Virus record (IMG/VR): IMGVR_UViG_3300015242_000025
Span: 3,476 to 67,475 of that record
Direction: 5' to 3' (one strand)
Length of the DNA stretch: 64,000 nt
DNA from: a virus
Positions 57,293 to 64,000 of the stretch are shown in pieces. Below the pieces are notes generated by a model that was not told the origin of the DNA, ran no database searches, and saw only the letters and a list, made by a program, of their open reading frames with translations. The position numbers and the translations under genes are program-made. The first letter of the stretch is position 1; every line of letters starts with the position of its first letter.

Positions 57293-57702
57293 GTAGTATT
57301 AATGTTAGACAGGAAATAAATTCATCTCAAATTAACAAACAATTAAAAGGTCCAACCGGAGCTTTAGCAAAAGAGTTGCTACGTAAGGGATTACGTATAC
57401 AAAATGCAGCAAAGAAAAGATGTCCTGTTGACCAGGGCCGTTTACGTGCATCTATTACTTTAAAAATTGTCACTGAAGCTGGAATTTTAAAAGCTGAAAT
57501 AGGAACTGATGTAGATTATGCTTTATATGTCCACAATGGAACTGGATTGTTTGGACCTACATCTTCTCAAATATTTCCTCAGCGCGGAAAGTTTATGGTA
57601 TTTCAGCCTAAAGGATCTTCACAATCCGTATTTGCAACTCACACTAGCGGACAAAAACCAGTACCGTTTTTAAATGATGCATTGCATGAAGTCATGGGCT
57701 GA
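57289..57702 (+). CDS. HK97 gp10-like tail completion protein
   Basis: AK..CPVDQGRLRASI, VDYA.YVH.GT, P.PFL.DAL. Confidence 0.82.
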   Translation: MSSINVRQEINSSQINKQLKGPTGALAKELLRKGLRIQNAAKKRCPVDQGRLRASITLKIVTEAGILKAEIGTDVDYALYVHNGTGLFGPTSSQIFPQRGKFMVFQPKGSSQSVFATHTSGQKPVPFLNDALHEVMG

Positions 57703-57770
57703 GTTTCTAAATTTACATTTGTCATGAGGCGGCCGACTGCGCTGTTATTGTGCGAGTCGGAGGTATTGCC

Positions 57771-58223
57771 ATGACAGAAACAACGATCACGCCAGCTGAT
57801 CCGCAAGTAAAAGATTTCAGTAAAAAAGTTGACGTCAAATTTAAAATTGACGATGATATTTTTATTGGAGTTCCTAACCTTGCTGTCGATGAACTCATTG
57901 AATTTGTTGGGTTGACTGAAAGTATCGGCGAAGCTGATATGAAGAATCAACCAAAATTCTTTCGTGCTGTTGCACAATTGGTTCTTACAAAAGAATCAGC
58001 AGAAAAATTTATTTCTCGTATGGCGGATAAATCAAATCCAATTTCCATTTTTCAAGTAATGGAAATAATTCCATGGGTAATGGGTGAATATGGAATGCGC
58101 CCTACGGAGCCATCGTCGGACTCGTCAGATGGGTCACCGAATCCGGAAGATGGCACGAAATTGACGGTGAATCTCTCTCCAATGGAATTGACATCAGAAC
58201 TCTCAGCCCAGACCGATTCTTAA
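57771..58223 (+). CDS. tail assembly chaperone (short form)
   Basis: F.IDDD.F, F..RM.D..NPI, W..GEYG.RPT then S-rich tail; precedes TMP. Confidence 0.82.
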   Translation: MTETTITPADPQVKDFSKKVDVKFKIDDDIFIGVPNLAVDELIEFVGLTESIGEADMKNQPKFFRAVAQLVLTKESAEKFISRMADKSNPISIFQVMEIIPWVMGEYGMRPTEPSSDSSDGSPNPEDGTKLTVNLSPMELTSELSAQTDS

Positions 58224-58447
58224 ACTTAATATACTTCACCATGTTACAGCGTCTGAATTACGATGATGAGGATAACACTAATCCTCGAGTAGATCTTGAT
58301 AATTCATTTCATATAACAGAATGGTATGTTCCAGGTTTAAATAAATACAGGGAAATTGTGCCTGCAGTTGAGGGAGTGCCGGACTGGTGGCATGGAGAAG
58401 AGGACGCCAGCGCGTCATTCCTCCGTGCTATGAATGTCAATACTTAA
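58100..58447 (+). CDS. tail assembly chaperone -1 frameshift extension
   Basis: -1 frame open: PYGAIVGLVRW...W.EIDG...GIDIRTLSPDRFLNLIY...PDWW.G.E.AS. Confidence 0.75.
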   Translation, partial: PYGAIVGLVRWVTESGRWHEIDGESLSNGIDIRTLSPDRFLNLIYFTMLQRLNYDDEDNTNPRVDLDNSFHITEWYVPGLNKYREIVPAVEGVPDWWHGEEDASASFLRAMNVNT

Positions 58448-58464
58448 ACTAAGGTGAGTTCACT

Positions 58465-61400
58465 ATGCCAACACCAATTGATCGGGCATATATTGAACTT
58501 GTTGGCGACTTTAAAAACTTTACGTCTGGTTTAAAAAGTAACGTTGGTAAATCAGTAAAAGGTGTAGAAAAAGATTTAGATGGCATCACTACGTCAACCA
58601 CTAAATCTGTGAATAGAGCAACAAAAGAACATGAGGGAATGTTTAGTTCTCTTAAAGAAAATGCTAAGGGTGCACTAGAAGTTGTTGGTGCATATGAAGT
58701 TGCATCTAAAGCAACAGAGTTTTTCAAATCAGCTATTGAGGCTGGAAGAGAAGCACAAAAAACAACAGCACAAACTGCTGCAGTAATCAAATCAACTGGC
58801 TCTGCTGCGCATGTTACAGCTAAAGATGTTGAAGAATTAGCAAGTTCTATTTCTCGCAAAACTGGTATTGATGATGATCAGATAAAATCAAATGAAAATA
58901 TGCTTTTAACTTTTACCGGCATTCGTAATGAAGTTGGTAAAGGTAATGACATATTTAATCAAGCAACAAAAACCGTTGGTGATATGTCTGTCGCATTAGG
59001 ACAGTCAGGTAAATCATCAGCTATTCAATTAGGTAAAGCACTCAATGATCCAATCAAGGGAATCACAGCATTACGTCGTGTTGGTGTTGCTTTTACTACA
59101 GACCAACAAAAAACTATTACATCGTTAGTTAATTCTGGTCACACGCTTGATGCACAAAAAATTATTCTTGGCGAGTTGAATAAAGAGTTCGGTGGATCTG
59201 CTGTAGCTCAAGCAACTGCAGGCGATAAAATGCGTGCATCATGGAAAGTAATGAAGGAGGAATTAGGAACAAAACTTTTACCAGCATTAGATGCTGTAGA
59301 AAATTTTATTGCTAACAAATTCATTCCAGTATTATTTACACTCGGCGGTTGGATTGATACTAAAGTAATTCCACCGATTAAAAATTTTGCTGGTATAGTT
59401 AAAACTTATGTATCACCTATTTTATCTGAAATAGTCGATAGAGTTAAAGCTTTTATTGCTAATTTAACATCTAGCGGCGGAGCTATATCTAAAGCAACTG
59501 GACCTATTAAATCTGCATTTTCTTCATTGGGTACAATAGTTGGTATTGTATTTTCAACTTTAAAAACTTATTTTGAAACTATTGTACCAGTAGTTATGAA
59601 ATTCTATTCAACATTAATAACTCAACTTTTACCAAGTCTTGAACACATAGTTACAACTATTGCATCTGGTGTTATACCTATAATTAAATCTTTAACTAAT
59701 ACATTTACAACTTATATTCTTCCCGCTATTATTTCTATTTATACTTGGATGCAAGCTCACTTAATACCAATTTTTGTTCAGTTTGTTAAAATTATATCTA
59801 CTTATGTAATTCCTATTATTGTTTCTATTGCACAATGGATAGCAACAAAACTTATTCCTGTTATTCTCCAAGTTGCTATTGCTGTTGGTTCAAGACTTAA
59901 ACCAGTTTTCGATGCATTAGCAAAATTTATTCAAACAAATGTATTACCTGCATTAGTTATATTGCTCAAAAAATTCAATGAATGGAAACCGACTATTGAA
60001 GCAGTAATCATAGTCGTCGTTAAAGTCATTGGAAAAATTCTTGAGTTTGCTGCAACAATTCTTGGTAAAGTATTACCGCCATTAATTAGATTTGTTGGGT
60101 ATTTATTAGTTGGTGCTGTAAAGACACTAATTCTAGTTATTACTACAATCGCCAGAGTTATTAAGGCTTTTGTTAACTTTGGTATTGGTGTTTACAATGC
60201 ATTTAAAGCAGTATATACATTCTTTAGAAATCTTCCTTCAACTATTCAATCAGCAATTGGAAGTCTTGGATCTCTTTTATCCAGTAAAGGTAAAGCACTT
60301 ATAGATGGATTATGGGGAGGCATTAAAACAGGTTGGACCACTGTTTCTAACTGGTTCTCTGGTATAGGATCCAGAATTGCTGGGTATTTTAAGGGATTTG
60401 GAAGTTTATTAGTCAGTCGTGGTACAAATTTAATTAATGGTTTATGGTCAGGTATCTCTCGCGGTTGGTCAACTATTCGTAATTGGTTTACTAATATAGG
60501 AAGTAGATTTAAGGGTTATCTCAGTGGAGCTTCAACTTGGTTAAAACAAAATGGAAGGGATATAGTTTCTGGTCTGTTTAGTGGAATTCTCAACGAATTA
60601 GGTAATGTAGCTAGCTGGGTTAAGAGTCATATATTTAATCCAATAAAAAATGCAGTAGTTAATTTATTCAAAATTAGTTCACCGTCTAAAGTCATGATGG
60701 ACCTGGGTGGCCACATCATGGGTGGATTTATTAAAGGTATGTTGTTGCATGATCCAGCTGCATTAGCAAAAAATTTAGTTGGATCAATTCCTAAGGTATT
60801 AGAGTCTATAGTTAAAAAAGGTTTAGTAAAAGTTTCTGATTTATCTAAAAAAGGTTTAGAAGCATTACAGAGTACTGGATATGATATTGGAGCATCTGGT
60901 TTAGGTAAACTCGGTTTAGGCGGAGGGAGTGGTGATCAACGCGCCCACAGTCAAGGAGCAGCGGCAAACCAGGCTTATGCTAAAAGTGTATTAAATCATT
61001 TTGGTTGGGATCAATCACAATTCTCTGCATTAGTTTCTTTGTGGAATGGTGAATCTGGTTGGAATCAAAATGCTGCTAACCCAACTAGTTCAGCGTATGG
61101 TATTGCACAATTCCTTGATTCTACCTGGGCCGGAATGCCGTATGGAAAAACAAACGACCCAAACAAACAGATTATTGATGGTTTAACTTATATTAAAAGA
61201 GCCTATGGTTCACCTGCTTCTGCATATAGTGCTTGGTTATCTAGAAGTCCACATTGGTACGCAAAGGGTGGAGATCCAAACGCAGGCAGTTGGGGAGTTG
61301 TTGGAGATGCCGGTCCTGAATTAGTGCACTTCAAGGGCGGTGCACATGTTTATGATAATAAAACATCAGCTAGAATGCTTAAGCAGATGGCTTCTATCGC

Positions 61401-62607
61401 TACCTATGCAACGGGTGGTGATGTAAAAGGAGCCGTCACTTCTGGAACTCGTGATACTGCAAAATCACTTTCAACTAAATTAAATGCTGAAATTAGTCTT
61501 TCAACGTCACGTGCAGATATTGCTAAATTTACACAACAGATTTTTGATGAAATTCATAAAGCAAAGTATAGTAAGAAACAATCTGATTTCTTAATTAATT
61601 ATGTGAAGCAAGCTGAAAGTGATGCAGTCGCTGCACAACGTAGTGAACGCACTGCATCTGGTAAACATATTCTTGATGTTATTCTATCTGCATTTACTGG
61701 TTCTCGCGCTCGCGGATCAATTAAGGCTGCCGCTGAATCTGTTACACAATCTATTGGTAAAGATTTTAGTGGTTCAGCACAATCTAGATTAGTTGCAACA
61801 GTTAGTCGAGTTAATGGACAAATGCAACGCCTTGCTGCACAACGAGATAAAATAGCTGCACAAATCTCAGCGGCTAATGCTGTTGCAACATCGGTAAAAG
61901 ATGAGGCATTATCATCAGCATCATTATCGAGTATTGGCACTGTATCCAGTGCAAGTAATCTTGATACAAGTTTAAAGTCAAAACTTGCAGCAATTCTAGC
62001 ATTTACAGCAAATCTAAAGAAGCTGTCTAAATTAGGTTTATCAAAAGATTTAATTGCACAGATTACAGGTGAAGGTGTTGATGCAGGCGGTGCAACTGCT
62101 GCAGCTTTAGCATCTGGATCAAAGGCTACTATAAAAGATATAAACAAAACTCAAAGAGCAATCAATAGTGCTAGTAAAACACTTGGAAATACTGCTGTCA
62201 ATGCACAAATAGGTGGCAATATTGCAAAGTCATTTGTTAATGGTCTTAAATCACAATCGGCATCTCTAGAAAAGCAAATGACACAATTGGGAAAGGTGCT
62301 TGCTAAATCGGTAGGAAAAGCATTTCATCTTAAGGGATATGCAAAGGGTGCATGGCAAGTACCACAAACGGAGTTGGCATTAGTACACAAAGATGAGATG
62401 ATTATTCCAGCAACACAGGCAACATCTATTCGTAATAGTTCAACTAGTAATTCATCATATACATCAATTGATTATGAAAAACTTGGTATGGCTGTAGCAA
62501 GAAATATTTCTAAGATTTCTTTTAATGCACATCTTGATAGTAATGGTGTTATCACTATGGTAAGTAAGGGTCAAATCGCTAAAGCTGTAAGAGGATCTAG
62601 ATTATGA
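58465..62607 (+). CDS. tape measure protein with lytic transglycosylase domain
   Basis: AYIEL, QLGKALNDP..G..AL.R.G, aromatic-spaced repeats, ISSPSKV, LW..ESGWN..A.NP.SSAYGIAQFL, VGDAGPE. Confidence 0.93.
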   Translation: MPTPIDRAYIELVGDFKNFTSGLKSNVGKSVKGVEKDLDGITTSTTKSVNRATKEHEGMFSSLKENAKGALEVVGAYEVASKATEFFKSAIEAGREAQKTTAQTAAVIKSTGSAAHVTAKDVEELASSISRKTGIDDDQIKSNENMLLTFTGIRNEVGKGNDIFNQATKTVGDMSVALGQSGKSSAIQLGKALNDPIKGITALRRVGVAFTTDQQKTITSLVNSGHTLDAQKIILGELNKEFGGSAVAQATAGDKMRASWKVMKEELGTKLLPALDAVENFIANKFIPVLFTLGGWIDTKVIPPIKNFAGIVKTYVSPILSEIVDRVKAFIANLTSSGGAISKATGPIKSAFSSLGTIVGIVFSTLKTYFETIVPVVMKFYSTLITQLLPSLEHIVTTIASGVIPIIKSLTNTFTTYILPAIISIYTWMQAHLIPIFVQFVKIISTYVIPIIVSIAQWIATKLIPVILQVAIAVGSRLKPVFDALAKFIQTNVLPALVILLKKFNEWKPTIEAVIIVVVKVIGKILEFAATILGKVLPPLIRFVGYLLVGAVKTLILVITTIARVIKAFVNFGIGVYNAFKAVYTFFRNLPSTIQSAIGSLGSLLSSKGKALIDGLWGGIKTGWTTVSNWFSGIGSRIAGYFKGFGSLLVSRGTNLINGLWSGISRGWSTIRNWFTNIGSRFKGYLSGASTWLKQNGRDIVSGLFSGILNELGNVASWVKSHIFNPIKNAVVNLFKISSPSKVMMDLGGHIMGGFIKGMLLHDPAALAKNLVGSIPKVLESIVKKGLVKVSDLSKKGLEALQSTGYDIGASGLGKLGLGGGSGDQRAHSQGAAANQAYAKSVLNHFGWDQSQFSALVSLWNGESGWNQNAANPTSSAYGIAQFLDSTWAGMPYGKTNDPNKQIIDGLTYIKRAYGSPASAYSAWLSRSPHWYAKGGDPNAGSWGVVGDAGPELVHFKGGAHVYDNKTSARMLKQMASIATYATGGDVKGAVTSGTRDTAKSLSTKLNAEISLSTSRADIAKFTQQIFDEIHKAKYSKKQSDFLINYVKQAESDAVAAQRSERTASGKHILDVILSAFTGSRARGSIKAAAESVTQSIGKDFSGSAQSRLVATVSRVNGQMQRLAAQRDKIAAQISAANAVATSVKDEALSSASLSSIGTVSSASNLDTSLKSKLAAILAFTANLKKLSKLGLSKDLIAQITGEGVDAGGATAAALASGSKATIKDINKTQRAINSASKTLGNTAVNAQIGGNIAKSFVNGLKSQSASLEKQMTQLGKVLAKSVGKAFHLKGYAKGAWQVPQTELALVHKDEMIIPATQATSIRNSSTSNSSYTSIDYEKLGMAVARNISKISFNAHLDSNGVITMVSKGQIAKAVRGSRL

Positions 62608-64000
62608 CGATTACAACCTTAAGACCAAATGGTGATGTTTTATCTAATGCACCATTCAGTGTTAATGGAGCTTCTACACGGTGGCAGGCTGTTTCAGATA
62701 ATTCTGATTCTTCATTTGTTGTTGGCACTGTTCAGCAGGGATATTTTCGCGTTAGCTTGGGAAATCTAAGTGCACTTTCTGCAGGACAAAGAATTAAATC
62801 ATTAACAGTACGGCAACGCAATAGCCATAGCGTAGCCGGCGGTGGAACTGAAACAATGCACAATACTATTTATGATGATAGTAATACTTCATTAGGAACT
62901 GTTGGTTCATCATACTTCACCCGTGGCACACAAACAATTACTACCTTTGCTGGAAATCCTGCTTATTCTGCGCCGGGGGGACGTGCATGGTCTGCAGGAA
63001 TTGTTAATTTAATTGGATTACAAACATCTTATTTTCTTGCTAATGATGGATCAGGAAACTTTGGCAGAGTATACGAATTATATATTGATGTCGATATAAA
63101 TCAACAACCCATTGTTTCTGGAACTCCAACTGTTGTTACTGTAGCCAACAATGCACAGCCAACAGTTAACTGGGTTTATGAAGATGACGATGGAGATCCG
63201 CAAACTGCATGGCAAGTAAAGATATTTGATTCTAGTACATATGGTAGTGCTAATTTTGATCCTGACACTAGTATTCCAGCATGGGATAGTAATCAAAATT
63301 CCGGTGCTAATACTAGTGCTATTGTTGGTGCTACTACACAAGCTTATTTATTAAATGGAGTTACTTATAAGGCATATGTAAAACTTGCACAAAGTTGGCC
63401 TGGACCGCAGGGTAACCTCTGGTGGTCTGATTGGAAACCGTCAGGTACATTTTCTGTTACTTACACTGTCCCATATACTCCAACAATAACTGCATCTTTA
63501 TTACAAGATAAACATACGTATCAAGCATTACTAACAACAACTGCTACTGTTAACTTATTAACAAGTGATAATGCTAGTTTTGAATCAACTGTAGGATCAT
63601 GGACTGCTGATTCAAATATGTCGACACCCGTGCGTAGTACTGTTAACCCATTAGATGGATTAGCAGATATGTTACTGAATTCAACTGCAGCCGGAACAAT
63701 GGTTGCACGTTGTTCTTTAGTAGGAGATACTCCAACTGTTCATCCAGGAACTACTTATACTGTGTTAGCATCATTTAGATCTCTTGTATCTGCACGTTCT
63801 TGTGCTGTTGGGGTTAGATGGCTAAATGCATCTAATGGAACTATTTCAACACAGTTTGGTAGTACGGTTACTGATGGAACTGGTGGATATATACAAGCAT
63901 CATTTACTGGTGTTGCACCAGCCTTATCTGTTACTGCATTAGTTGTTATTGAAGTTTTATCTACTGGTGCTGCAAATGAACAACATAGAGTTGATCAAGT
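62604..64000 (+). CDS. minor tail protein, partial (FN3-like and CBM-like segments)
   Basis: ATGA overlap with TMP; MTITTLRPNGD..., W.Y.D.DGDPQTAWQVKIF, NLL..DNASFE..VGSW; appears open to the window end. Confidence 0.75.
   Translation, partial: MTITTLRPNGDVLSNAPFSVNGASTRWQAVSDNSDSSFVVGTVQQGYFRVSLGNLSALSAGQRIKSLTVRQRNSHSVAGGGTETMHNTIYDDSNTSLGTVGSSYFTRGTQTITTFAGNPAYSAPGGRAWSAGIVNLIGLQTSYFLANDGSGNFGRVYELYIDVDINQQPIVSGTPTVVTVANNAQPTVNWVYEDDDGDPQTAWQVKIFDSSTYGSANFDPDTSIPAWDSNQNSGANTSAIVGATTQAYLLNGVTYKAYVKLAQSWPGPQGNLWWSDWKPSGTFSVTYTVPYTPTITASLLQDKHTYQALLTTTATVNLLTSDNASFESTVGSWTADSNMSTPVRSTVNPLDGLADMLLNSTAAGTMVARCSLVGDTPTVHPGTTYTVLASFRSLVSARSCAVGVRWLNASNGTISTQFGSTVTDGTGGYIQASFTGVAPALSVTALVVIEVLSTGAANEQHRVDQ

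Noticed and set aside
58449-62147. Antisense ORFs within structural genes (e.g. 58449..58859, 61599..62147)
   Set aside because: Opposite-strand shadows of long biased-codon genes with no motifs

Overview
A 64-kb section of an AT-rich tailed (siphovirus-type) dsDNA phage genome. The host is probably an Actinomycete, inferred from the capsid, portal and tail families, an r1t-like holin, DUF1360 and GRHR/GKHR motifs. Layout: (1) 1-2.4 kb, a visibly more GC-rich leftward early module with ArdC, tRNA-Gly, three related post-stop hairpins and a complete type II hammerhead ribozyme in its leader. (2) 2.7-21.2 kb, a leftward DNA-metabolism arm: nucleotide-sugar dehydrogenase, GDP-mannose-3,5-epimerase-like enzyme, SSB, AAA ATPase, Cas4-like nuclease, SNF2 helicase, resolvase, PolA, a ~430-nt multi-pseudoknot non-coding region and tRNA-Leu(UAA). 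(3) 21.7-25 kb, primase, SF3 helicase and an iteron-like origin candidate. (4) 25-32.5 kb, putative small terminase, many small ORFs and an endolysin. (5) 32.8-64 kb, terminase, a cluster of four glycosyltransferases with a dehydratase and a methyltransferase, lysis/membrane genes, portal, head, extra fibre genes, tail genes, tape measure and a partial minor tail protein. No integrase or CRISPR array was seen. Most notable are the RNA elements (hammerhead, repeated hairpins, large pseudoknotted RNA) and an apparently self-supplied glycosylation pathway. All calls come from reading motifs by eye; no database searches were run.
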